From an uncultured delta proteobacterium (GTDB lineage Bacteria > Myxococcota > Myxococcia > Myxococcales > Myxococcaceae): a stretch of 64,000 nt of DNA. This document shows, piece by piece, positions 43,837 through 52,997 of this stretch. The notes below the pieces were generated by a model. It did not search any database. It saw only the letters and a list, made by a program, of their open reading frames with translations, and was not told the DNA's origin. Where the stretch lies: NCBI GenBank assembly GCA_963771175.1, contig CAVYSY010000022.1, forward strand, positions 32,001 through 96,000, in the 5' to 3' direction. A program made the position numbers and the translations under genes. Every line of letters starts with the position of its first letter. Positions within the stretch are counted from its first letter, which is position 1.

Positions 43837-46125
43837 TCACCGTCCCGGCGGGTTCCGGGCCGCGCGCCGGGTGGGACTCCGACGCGCCCCTCCGCCCGGC
43901 AGGAGGACCTGCCTGGCCTGGGGTGAGTCGCCCCCCAGGTCCAGATCGCGGAGCCACATCGCCGGGAGGAAGTCCGGGTCGTTGTAGAGGGCCAGCAACT
44001 CCTTGGGCTCCACCGGACCGAGCCGGCTGGTCGCGAGCCTCGTCCCGCCGCCCTCCTTCCAGGTGCTTTCCCAGAGCAGGGAGAGGACGAGCGCGCCCCG
44101 CGCCATGCAATCGCACGTCCGCTCCCCCAGCACCTCCCACATGTGCGGGATGCGCCGGCGCCCGGACTCGGCGTTGTAGGCCTCGATGATTTCCAGGGGC
44201 GGGAGCGTGTCGATCGTGGTCCCCATGAGCTGGACGACGGCATCCGCCGCCGCCGCTCCGCCCCGCACCGTCCGCGTGACGCGCTTTCCCTTCACGCGCG
44301 CGTTCACGCCTTCGATCAGCTCCGCCGCCCGCTGGTCCAGCATTCGCGTCTCGTAGACCGAGTGGACGTCCTCCTCTTCGGGATGGCCGGGCCGTCCATG
44401 GTGCAGGAACGAGACGTGGAGGGGCTGACACGCATCCCCCACGTAGTGGGCGAGGATGCCGGCGGCACACACGAACTCGGACACCTGTGTGTTCTGGAGG
44501 AAGCCGACCATCGCCTCGTAGATCTGCCAGACGCGGAACGGCAGCGCGCCCCGGCTGCTGTTCGCCTTTACCCCGATGCTCTCGTAGAACTCGCCCCAGA
44601 CCTGGGGAGTGCGGCTGGAGCGATCGGTCCGCCACACGTCGAGCAGGGTCCTTCCCTCGAACGGGCCCGTTCCCGGCTGGTCCATGTCGGCGAAGTGGTT
44701 GGCCGCGTCGCGCTTCCGGGTGGTGCGCCACACCAGGTCCGCCACGTCCGCGAGCGCGACGAAGTTCTGGGTGTCGTTGCCGGGCAGCTCGCCGTTGGCG
44801 ATGGCCTCATCACTGACCGCGATGCGATCCGCGTTGGCCTTGAGCAGGCGGGAGAGCTTCGCGTTCGAGGCGAGCCCGCAGGCCGTGATGCCCACTTTGT
44901 AGTGGCCCACCTTGCCCCAGTACTCGCTGAGCCCGATGTCCCAGTCCCGGACGAGCTCGATGTCCAGCGTGCGGCAGATGGAGCTCAGGCTGCTGGCGAG
45001 CGCGAACGAGTAGACCTCTCCGCCGCCGGGAGTCATCAAATTGTGGCCACCCCACTGCAGGGCGATGGGCCGCCATTGCCGGGCCCGGGCGCGGGTCGGC
45101 GCCTCGTCCCCGGCGCCCGACTTCGGCTCGAAGACCCAGACGGTGCCCGAGTCTCCCGGCCGGGTGGGCAGGACCTCCTGCCCCTCTCGCGCGCCGATCA
45201 ACAGGTCGGCCACGTAGTCGAAGCCCCCCAGGGACTGGTAGCGGTAGAAGAGCCCGTGGATCTCCCCCTCGAGCGTCCCCGAGGCGGCGCCGAAGGCACG
45301 CACGTGGCAGCCGATGAGATCCAGCGAGAGGGTGTCGCTGTTGAGGTCCACGAGGGGACCGAGCTCGCCCACGCCGAACACCTGGGCCGTCCAGCCCCAC
45401 ACGTCCTCGAGCCGGACGAGGCCCGCGTCGAGGTTGGAGTAGGTGCGGCTCCCGGGCAAGCCCGGGTACGCCTCCGCGAAGGGGAGCTTGCCCACCTGGC
45501 GCGCATCGCTGGTGCCCACCCGTTGGCGCTCGCCGCGGACGAGCGTGTAGACCTCGCGACCCTGCTCGCCCACGACGTGCCGGTTGGTGAGGGCATAGAC
45601 GGTGTCGCCATCCGTGACGAGACAGCCGAAGGAGCCGACGTGCGCGCGCCCCTGGACGTCCGTGAGCGCCGGGTAGCCTCCGCCGACCAGTTCGGTGGGG
45701 AAGGTGAGCTGTTGCAGGGGGGGCGGGGCCTGCTCCTGTCGCTCGGCGAGCATGACGCAGGTGGGTACGACCCGCCCGTCCGGCAGGTAGAGCAGGGGGG
45801 GCACGAGCTGCTCGGGATTCCGGGCGATGTCCTCCGGCGTCATCCAGTGGTCCACGAACACCAGCACGCATGGCCAGGACCAGCGACGGACCACCGTGTT
45901 GCCGAGCGTCTTGGGCGTCGAGCTCCTCCGCCCGGGCGTGGCATAGGGGTTCTCCGCGTTCTCGTCCTCGCGGCGGATCCGGTAGCGCCCGATGGCCGTC
46001 GCCACCACGGTGTCCAGGTGGGCGAGGTGCACGTGATACGCCTCGCGTGCCTCCAGCAAATCCTTGATCGACAGCGAGCTGAAGTCCCTCGTCGTCGGCA
46101 GCCCGTTCTTCGCCATGGCATCCAC
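43837..46125 (-). CDS. Trypsin-like serine protease fused to S1/P1 nuclease / zinc PLC-like domain
   Basis: Protease motifs GSFGCLV, ALTNRHV (H183), NLDAGL (D233) and PGDSGT (S326). Nuclease/PLC motifs WGKVGH (W403), ADVAD, NHFADMD, GALP, LAHYVGDACQPLH and VHSVYE. No signal peptide. Confidence 0.8.
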   Translation of the reverse strand: MDAMAKNGLPTTRDFSSLSIKDLLEAREAYHVHLAHLDTVVATAIGRYRIRREDENAENPYATPGRRSSTPKTLGNTVVRRWSWPCVLVFVDHWMTPEDIARNPEQLVPPLLYLPDGRVVPTCVMLAERQEQAPPPLQQLTFPTELVGGGYPALTDVQGRAHVGSFGCLVTDGDTVYALTNRHVVGEQGREVYTLVRGERQRVGTSDARQVGKLPFAEAYPGLPGSRTYSNLDAGLVRLEDVWGWTAQVFGVGELGPLVDLNSDTLSLDLIGCHVRAFGAASGTLEGEIHGLFYRYQSLGGFDYVADLLIGAREGQEVLPTRPGDSGTVWVFEPKSGAGDEAPTRARARQWRPIALQWGGHNLMTPGGGEVYSFALASSLSSICRTLDIELVRDWDIGLSEYWGKVGHYKVGITACGLASNAKLSRLLKANADRIAVSDEAIANGELPGNDTQNFVALADVADLVWRTTRKRDAANHFADMDQPGTGPFEGRTLLDVWRTDRSSRTPQVWGEFYESIGVKANSSRGALPFRVWQIYEAMVGFLQNTQVSEFVCAAGILAHYVGDACQPLHVSFLHHGRPGHPEEEDVHSVYETRMLDQRAAELIEGVNARVKGKRVTRTVRGGAAAADAVVQLMGTTIDTLPPLEIIEAYNAESGRRRIPHMWEVLGERTCDCMARGALVLSLLWESTWKEGGGTRLATSRLGPVEPKELLALYNDPDFLPAMWLRDLDLGGDSPQARQVLLPGGGARRSPTRRAARNPPGR

Positions 46126-46180
46126 CCCCGCGGATCAGTGCCAGAGGGAGTGGCGCGAGGCGGGGATGTGACGTGCCGGC

Positions 46181-47470
46181 CTACGGGGCGCTCGTGGGTT
46201 CGACCTCCAGGGCGGCAGGAGGGGAGGCGAGCACCTCGCGGGCCCTCTCCACGTCCAGGCCGCCCTCCCACTTGGACACCACCAGGGTGGCCACCGCGTT
46301 GCCCACGAGGTTGGTGAGGGCACGCGCCTCGGACATGAACCGATCCACCCCGAGCAGCAGCACCATCCCCGCCACGGGAATCTTCCCGGTGGCGGAGAGG
46401 GTCGCCGCGAGCGTGATGAAGCCTCCGCCCGTGACGGCCGCGGCGCCCTTGGAGGTGAGCAGCAGCACCGCGAGCAGCGCGAGCTCCTCGCCCAGGGTGA
46501 TGGGAGTCCCCGTGGCCTGGGCCACGAAGAGCGAAGCGAGCGTGAGGTAGATGGACGTGCCGTCCAGGTTGAACGAGTAGCCCATGGGCACCACGAGCCC
46601 CACCACGCTCTGGGGGCACCCCAGCGCCTCGAGCTTCACCAGCATGCGGGGCAGGGCGGACTCGGAGGAGGAGGTGCCCAGCACGAGCAGCATCTCGTCG
46701 CGCAGGTAGCGCAGGAGCGGCAGCAGGCCCACGCCCGTCCAACGCACGATGGGCCCGAGCACGAGCGCCACGAAGAGGAACGCGGTGGCGTAGAAGGTAC
46801 CCATCAACCGGCCCAGGCCAAGCAGCGTGCCCACGCCGTACTTGCCCACGGTGAAGGCGATGGCGCCGAGCGCTCCCAGGGGCGCCAGCCGCATGATGAT
46901 GCCCACCATGCCGAAGAGCAGGTGGCCGACGCTGTCCAGGGCCTTCAGGATGCCCTCGCCCGCCTTCCCCATCTTCGAGAGCGCCACGCTGGTGAGCAGC
47001 GCCACGAGGAGGATCTGCAGGATGTCCCCCTTGGCGAACGGATCCACCAGGGAGGAGGGGATGATGCCGAGCAGGAAGTCCACCGTGGACATCGACTTGC
47101 CGGCGGTCGTGTAGCTCTCGAGGGCCTTGGCATCCAATCGGGACACGTCCACGTCCAGGCCGGCGCCGGGCTGGAACACCTCGCCCACCAGCAGGCCCAG
47201 CAGGAGCGCGCCCGTGGTGACGACCTCGAAGTAGAGGAAGGCCTTGAGCCCCACTCTCCCCACGCGCTTGAGGTCTCCCATCTTGGCGATGCCCGTCACC
47301 ACCGTGGTGAACACCACCGGGGCCACCAGCATCTTGATGAGTCGGATGAACCCGTCGCCGAGCGGCTTGAGCGCTTCGCCGCCGTGGGGCCAGAAGTGTC
47401 CGAGCAATGCTCCGAACACCACCGCCACCAGCACCTGCAAGTAGAGATTCTTGAGCCAGCCGAGCCGCAT
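46181..47470 (-). CDS. dctA: C4-dicarboxylate transporter DctA
   Basis: [50 protein letters not shown] and [14 protein letters not shown]. Confidence 0.95.
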   Translation of the reverse strand: MRLGWLKNLYLQVLVAVVFGALLGHFWPHGGEALKPLGDGFIRLIKMLVAPVVFTTVVTGIAKMGDLKRVGRVGLKAFLYFEVVTTGALLLGLLVGEVFQPGAGLDVDVSRLDAKALESYTTAGKSMSTVDFLLGIIPSSLVDPFAKGDILQILLVALLTSVALSKMGKAGEGILKALDSVGHLLFGMVGIIMRLAPLGALGAIAFTVGKYGVGTLLGLGRLMGTFYATAFLFVALVLGPIVRWTGVGLLPLLRYLRDEMLLVLGTSSSESALPRMLVKLEALGCPQSVVGLVVPMGYSFNLDGTSIYLTLASLFVAQATGTPITLGEELALLAVLLLTSKGAAAVTGGGFITLAATLSATGKIPVAGMVLLLGVDRFMSEARALTNLVGNAVATLVVSKWEGGLDVERAREVLASPPAALEVEPTSAP

Positions 47471-47851
47471 GGCGCGCGACTCTACCCCGCTCGGGGCACC
47501 CGGAATTGATTTGTGGCCAAATGATGGGATTGCAGATGATTGCGGGACAAACCATATAAATCCAGGTCAGCCCAGAGAGGCTCGGGAGCTGTCATAAAAC
47601 AGGACACCCCCCGTCCTGAAACAGGACACTTCGCGGGAGAGGTGTCAACGTCTTGAAGACAGACGGATTCTGCCAGGGGCTGTAAATACACACTACATTC
47701 CTGGGCCCGCGAATCGTGACATCCATGTTCCACCGTGCTGGCTGGATGATTGGTAAAGGCCGGTATTTCCATGGTTCATGGGTTGGCCCGATCCCTGCTT
47801 AAGGGTTGAGTGCCCGACGGCACCTCGCCGTTGGCCAGGAGGAACCCCCCC

Positions 47852-49693
47852 TTGGTTCGCACTCGCTTCCTTGCTGCCGCGCTGCTCGCCCTTCCCCTCG
47901 CCGCTTGCGAGGTTGACAACTCCCAGGTTGCCCCGGGCGCCGAGAAGGTCGACGACCTCGGTGACGTCCGTGCGGCCCTCGCCGCGCTGCCGTCCGCCGA
48001 GATCGCCGGCGCTCACGGAGACGGCGTGCCCTTCATGCTGAAGGGCAAGCTGGGCTCGGTTGACGCCGTCGCCCCCGCGTTCCGCCTGAACGCCACCGAC
48101 CTGGTGCTGAAGCGCACCACGGTGGACGAGGAGGGCAACACCCACACCCGCTACGGCCAGCTGAAGAACGGCCTGCCCGTCATCGGCGGCGAGATCATCC
48201 TCCACGAGAACAAGGACGGCAGCGTCTATCTGGCCAACGGCTCGGCGCGTGACGGGGAGATCGCCCCCGCCAAGGCCCGCGTCGCCCCGGAGGCCGCCAA
48301 GGCCGCCGCCCTGGACAGCACCTCGGGCCGCCACATCGCCGCCGAGGGCGAGCCCCGCCTGGTGTACGTCCGCAAGGACGAGGGTGCGCTGCAGCTGGCC
48401 TACGAGGTGGTGGTGACGGGCGAGGGCCTGGACCTGCCCATCCGTGACCACGTGTACGTGAGCGCGCTGACCGGCCAGGAGATCGACCGCACCACGGAGA
48501 TCCACTCCGCCCTCAACCGCGCGGTGTACTCGGCCAACAACGGCACCACGCTGCCCGGCACGATCAAGCGCTCCGAGGGTGGCGCGGTCACCGGTGACAC
48601 CCACGTGGACGACAACTACACCCACCTGGGCACCACCTATCAGTGCTACTACACGAACTTCGCGCGTGACTCGTACAACGCCGCGGGCGCGCAGCTGAAG
48701 AGCTCGGTGCACTACAGCAGCAGCTACACCAACGCCTTCTGGAACGGCACCCAGATGGTGTACGGCGACAGCGATGGCGTGCAGTCCGCGCCGCTGGGCA
48801 AGTCGCTGGACGTGACGGTGCACGAGCTGACGCACGCCGTCACCTCCTCCGAGTCCAACCTCACCTACTCCAACGAGTCCGGCGCCCTCAACGAGGGCAT
48901 GAGCGACATCTTCTCCGCCTACTGCGAGTCCTGGAAGCTGGGCTGGGCCGTTCCCGCTTCGGTGTGGATGATCGGCGACGACGTGTGGACGCCGAACACC
49001 GCGGGTGACGCGCTCCGCTACATGGCCAACCCGACGCAGGACGGCTCGTCGAAGGACTACTACCCGACGCGCTACACGGGCACCTCCGACAACGGCGGCG
49101 TGCACTGGAACTCGGGCATCGCCAACCTGGCGTTCAAGCTCCTGTCCACGGGCGGCACGCACCCCCGCGGCAAGACCACCATCAACGTGACGGGCATCGG
49201 CATCCAGAAGGCCGGCGCCATCTTCTACCGCGCCAACCGCGACCTCTTCACGGCCTCCACCACCTTCGCCCAGGCGAAGACCTACACGCAGACGGCCGCC
49301 GAGCAGCTCTACGGCACCGGCGCGGCGGAGAAGACCTCCGTCGACCAGGCCTGGCAGGCGGTGGGCGTGGGCGTGTCGGCTCCCTCCACGGCGCTGACCA
49401 ACGGCGTGGCCCTCACCGGCCAGTCCGGCTCCACGGGCGCCGAGAAGCACTACTACCTGGACGTGCCGGCCTCCAAGGCGGTGTCCTTCGTGATGAGCGG
49501 CGGCACGGGTGACGCGGACATGTACGTGAAGTTCGGCGCGCAGCCCACCACCACCTCGTACGACTGCCGTCCGTACCTCTCCGGCAACGCCGAGACGTGC
49601 AGCATCGCGGCGAAGACCACGGCCGGTCGCTACAACGTGATGCTCCGCGCCTACAGCACCTACTCGGGCGTCTCGATCAAGGGCACCTACTAG
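47852..49693 (+). CDS. M4 family (thermolysin-like) metalloprotease lipoprotein with FTP/PepSY propeptide and C-terminal PPC domain
   Basis: AGGAGG RBS before TTG at 47852; lipobox LAAC; NAFWNG, HELTH, GALNEGMSD, GVHWNSGIAN and GTGDADMYV..G..PT...YDCRP. Confidence 0.93.
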   Translation: MVRTRFLAAALLALPLAACEVDNSQVAPGAEKVDDLGDVRAALAALPSAEIAGAHGDGVPFMLKGKLGSVDAVAPAFRLNATDLVLKRTTVDEEGNTHTRYGQLKNGLPVIGGEIILHENKDGSVYLANGSARDGEIAPAKARVAPEAAKAAALDSTSGRHIAAEGEPRLVYVRKDEGALQLAYEVVVTGEGLDLPIRDHVYVSALTGQEIDRTTEIHSALNRAVYSANNGTTLPGTIKRSEGGAVTGDTHVDDNYTHLGTTYQCYYTNFARDSYNAAGAQLKSSVHYSSSYTNAFWNGTQMVYGDSDGVQSAPLGKSLDVTVHELTHAVTSSESNLTYSNESGALNEGMSDIFSAYCESWKLGWAVPASVWMIGDDVWTPNTAGDALRYMANPTQDGSSKDYYPTRYTGTSDNGGVHWNSGIANLAFKLLSTGGTHPRGKTTINVTGIGIQKAGAIFYRANRDLFTASTTFAQAKTYTQTAAEQLYGTGAAEKTSVDQAWQAVGVGVSAPSTALTNGVALTGQSGSTGAEKHYYLDVPASKAVSFVMSGGTGDADMYVKFGAQPTTTSYDCRPYLSGNAETCSIAAKTTAGRYNVMLRAYSTYSGVSIKGTY

Positions 49694-49726
49694 CCCGCGC
49701 TCGCTGAATCCGACGTAAGCAGAATG

Positions 49727-49766
49727 GCCCCTGGGAGGCATTGCCTCCCAGGGGCTTCGTCGTTTT
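49727..49766 (+). terminator. Strong hairpin terminator between convergent genes
   Basis: Perfect 14-bp inverted repeat GCCCCTGGGAGGCA-T-TGCCTCCCAGGGGC (49727-49755) followed by TTCGTCGTTTT. Confidence 0.75.
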
Positions 49767-49782
49767 CAAGGGGTCGGTGCAA

Positions 49783-50217
49783 TCACAGACGCGCGAAGCC
49801 GGGCGCGTACTGGAAGGGCTCGACCGTCGCTTCGTAGGAGACGATCTCCAGCCCGTGGGCATTCCGGGTCGAGGGTCGTACGAGCCATCGCTGCGTGGCA
49901 TCCAGGGACAGGCGCTTGCTCTTCGCCGCGGGCGGCTCGAACCAGCTCGCCTGCCACCCCACGACGATGCGCACCTCCGCCTCCTCCTCGCGGAAGGTGA
50001 CCACCAGGTCGCTGAGGGTGTGGTTCTCGTCGAAGAAGAGGTGGGTGACGCGGTCGTACCACCGCTTGAAGCTGTCGAAGTCCCGGATGTCACCGTCCGG
50101 GAATTGCATGTGCAGGTCGTGGTCGGCCAGGAAGCTGGAGGTGTGCTCCACCGGCGCGTGCTGATCCAGGGCCAGGTACCACGCCGCGGCGAATCGTTGA
50201 ATCTGGTCGACGGTCAT
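49783..50217 (-). CDS. SnoaL/NTF2-like protein
   Basis: About 144 aa: FAAAWY..LD.H, MQFPDG, F.RWY..V...FFDE.H, V.WQAS, LDA.QRW; RBS gaggaag upstream. Confidence 0.72.
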   Translation of the reverse strand: MTVDQIQRFAAAWYLALDQHAPVEHTSSFLADHDLHMQFPDGDIRDFDSFKRWYDRVTHLFFDENHTLSDLVVTFREEEAEVRIVVGWQASWFEPPAAKSKRLSLDATQRWLVRPSTRNAHGLEIVSYEATVEPFQYAPGFARL

Positions 50218-50495
50218 CGGGGCTTCCTCTCTCGTGTCTCGCTGCGGATGAGAATCCGCGAGACGCCGCGAGTGATGGAGCACCGCCGAGGCGGGGGCTG
50301 GCCCCTCGGCTCCCTGCTTCCTTCCGTCGCTCCGCGCCCGCCGGGGTCCATCACGGCGCGCGCGCACGGGGTCTATTTCAATGCCTGACGGACGAGAGAC
50401 GTCGGGCTCAACCCCATCAGGGATCCGGTGTGGAGGAGGTGGCGGCCCGGTCTCGGCCGAGCGCCCCGGGCACCGGTCCGAGCGAGGAAGCGCGC

Positions 50496-50885
50496 ATGAA
50501 CGTCCGTGAGGTAGTCGACCGGTATTACGCCACCGTCAATTCGGGGGATTGGGACTCCTGGCTGGAGCTCTTCGACGAGCACCTCGTCATGGATGAGCAG
50601 CTCGGCGGCCACATCGAGGGCATCGAGACGCTGCGCGGCCTCGTGGGGGGTCTGAAGCGCATCTACGCGTCCTTCCAGAACACGCCCCGGCACACCGTCA
50701 TCGACGGCAACCAGGCCTGCGTGGTGTCTCGCATCACGGCGGTGACCCCCCGGGGCGAGCCCATCGAGGCCGAGGTCGCCAACTACTTCCTCATCCAGGA
50801 GGGACGAATCATCTACATGGCGAACTTCCACGACAGCCGCCCGTTTGATCCCGCCTTCAGTCCGCGGGGTGGGGAGGGGGCCTGA
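50496..50885 (+). CDS. SnoaL/NTF2-like protein
   Basis: VVDRYY..VNSGDWDSWLELF...G.IEG...F.I.EGRI...NFHD pattern. Confidence 0.8.
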   Translation: MNVREVVDRYYATVNSGDWDSWLELFDEHLVMDEQLGGHIEGIETLRGLVGGLKRIYASFQNTPRHTVIDGNQACVVSRITAVTPRGEPIEAEVANYFLIQEGRIIYMANFHDSRPFDPAFSPRGGEGA

Positions 50886-50886
50886 G

Positions 50887-52422
50887 ATGGAAGCTCATGA
50901 CTTCATCGTGGTGGGTGCCGGCTCGGCGGGAGCGGTCATCGCCAGCCGCCTGAGCGAGAACCCCGAGGTCCGGGTGCTGCTGCTGGAGGCGGGAGGCGCC
51001 GGGACCCCGGAGGACGTCTCCAATCCCTCGGCGTGGCCCCGCCTGCTCGGCTCGTCCATCGACTGGGGCTACACCAGCGTGCCCCAGGCGGCACTCGGGG
51101 AGCGGGTCATCCACGAGCCGCGCGGCAAGCTGCTCGGCGGCAGCAGCAACCTCTACATCATGATGCACGTCCGCGGTCACCCCTCGGACTATGACAACTG
51201 GGCCTACCAGGGGTGCCCCGGCTGGTCCTTCCAGGACGTGCTGCCCTACTTCCAGAAGCTGGAGGACCAGGAGGACGACACCAACCCCTGGGCTGGCCGT
51301 GGCGGACCGCTGCCAGTGACCAACGCGAAGCACCACGGGCCGAACCCCACCTCGCAGGCGTTCCTCGATGCGTGCCGGGAGCTGGGCTATCCCGAGACCG
51401 ACGACTTCAACGGCCCCCAGATGGAGGGGGCCGGCTGGCACCACGTCAACATCAAGGATGGCAAACGTCACAGCGTCGCCGAGGCGTATCTGCGACCGGC
51501 GCTGGCTCGGCCCAACCTCACGGTGGTGACGAATGCCCAGGCCACCCGGCTGCTCTTCCGGCACCAGCGCTGCGTCGGCGTGGAGTACCACCGCGAGGGC
51601 AGGCTCGAGAGCGCACACGCCACGGGGGAGGTGATCGTGGCGTGCGGGGCGATCGAGTCACCCAAGCTGCTCCTGCTGTCTGGGATTGGCGATCCCGAGC
51701 AGCTCTGGCCGCTCGACATCCGCGTGCACGCGGCCCTGCCCGGGGTGGGGGAGAACTTCCACAACCACGTGCTGACCGGGGTGATCCGTGAGTGCACCCG
51801 GCCCGTGCCCGCCCGCCCGGCTCAACCTCTCCGAGTCCGCCCTGTTCCACAGGTCCTCTCCGGGCTGGCCCGGCCCCGATCTGCAGATCGCCTTCGTCCA
51901 CGTGCCCTTCGACATCATCGTCGGTCAGGGGCATCCGAACGCGATCAGCATCCTGCCTGGCGTGGTGCGACCGTTGTCGCGCGGCTCGGTCCGTCTGGCC
52001 AGCGCCAATCCCCTGGACAAGCCACTCGTGGATCCCGAACTACCTGTCGGTCGAGGCGGATCTGACACGCCTGATGCAGGGGGTGGAGATCGCCCGGGAG
52101 CTCTTCGCCACGCGGGCATTCTCCGAGTGGGTGGGTTCCGAGCTGAAGCCCGGCCCCGGGGTCAGGACCCGACGAGGAGCTCCGGGCCTTCGTCAGACAG
52201 ACCGCCGACTCGTACCACCACCAGGCCGGCTCCTGCCGGATGGGGCTCGATGCGATGGCGGTCGTGGATCCCCGGCTGCGAGTCCATGGCGTCGAGGGAC
52301 TGCGCGTGGCGGACGCCAGCGTGATGCCAGCCGTCCCCTCCGGCAATTGCCATACGGGCATCGTCATGATCGCCGAGCGGTGCGCCGACATGCTCCTGGC
52401 CGATCACGGCCTCCGGGGTTGA
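50887..52422 (+). CDS. GMC family FAD oxidoreductase (frameshifts near 51810, 52035, 52170)
   Basis: DFIVVGAGSAG, LLEAGG, PRGKLLGGSS, GAIESPKLLLLSGIG, GVGENFHNH, YHHQAGSCRMG and VADASVMP.VPSGN. Confidence 0.92.
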
Positions 52423-52466
52423 GCCGCAATCACGAACACCCTCAACAGACAAGGAGGTCATAAGGC

Positions 52467-52901
52467 ATGGCAACGCCTCGATTCTTCCATCTCGCACTGG
52501 CATGTCGGGATCCCCTGAACCTCGAGCGCTTCTACACGGAGCACTTCGGCTTCAGGCGGGCCCGGGTCGTGCGCCTGGGGGACACGCAGATCGTGTTCCT
52601 CAAGTCGGACACCGTCTACCTGGAGCTCTTCGAGGCCCGGGAGCCCGCGCCGGTTGCTCCGGCGGGCGAGGACGGGCCCTGGTATCCCGGTGTGCGTCAC
52701 CTCGCGTTCTCCGTCGACGATGTCGACGCGAAGCTGGCCGAGCTGGGCCCCGCCGCGCGCGTGACGCTGATGCCCCTGGACTTCGATGACTTCATCCCGG
52801 GCTGGCGCTCCGCCTGGGTGGCCGATCCGGAGGGCAACATCCTCGAGCTCACCCAGGGCTACGAGGATGAGATGGCGCCCCCGCCCATGCCAGGCGCCTG
52901 A
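52467..52901 (+). CDS. VOC (glyoxalase/bleomycin resistance) family protein
   Basis: HLALAC.D....ERFY, LELF, HLAFSVDDVD and DPEGNILEL; AGGAGG RBS. Confidence 0.9.
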   Translation: MATPRFFHLALACRDPLNLERFYTEHFGFRRARVVRLGDTQIVFLKSDTVYLELFEAREPAPVAPAGEDGPWYPGVRHLAFSVDDVDAKLAELGPAARVTLMPLDFDDFIPGWRSAWVADPEGNILELTQGYEDEMAPPPMPGA

Positions 52902-52997
52902 CGGCGCGCGGGTGGGGCAGGGCAATGCCTCATCACGAAGGGCCGGGCCCGGGTCTACCACCACGCCACGACACATCATTCCAAGGTGAGAGGCTTC

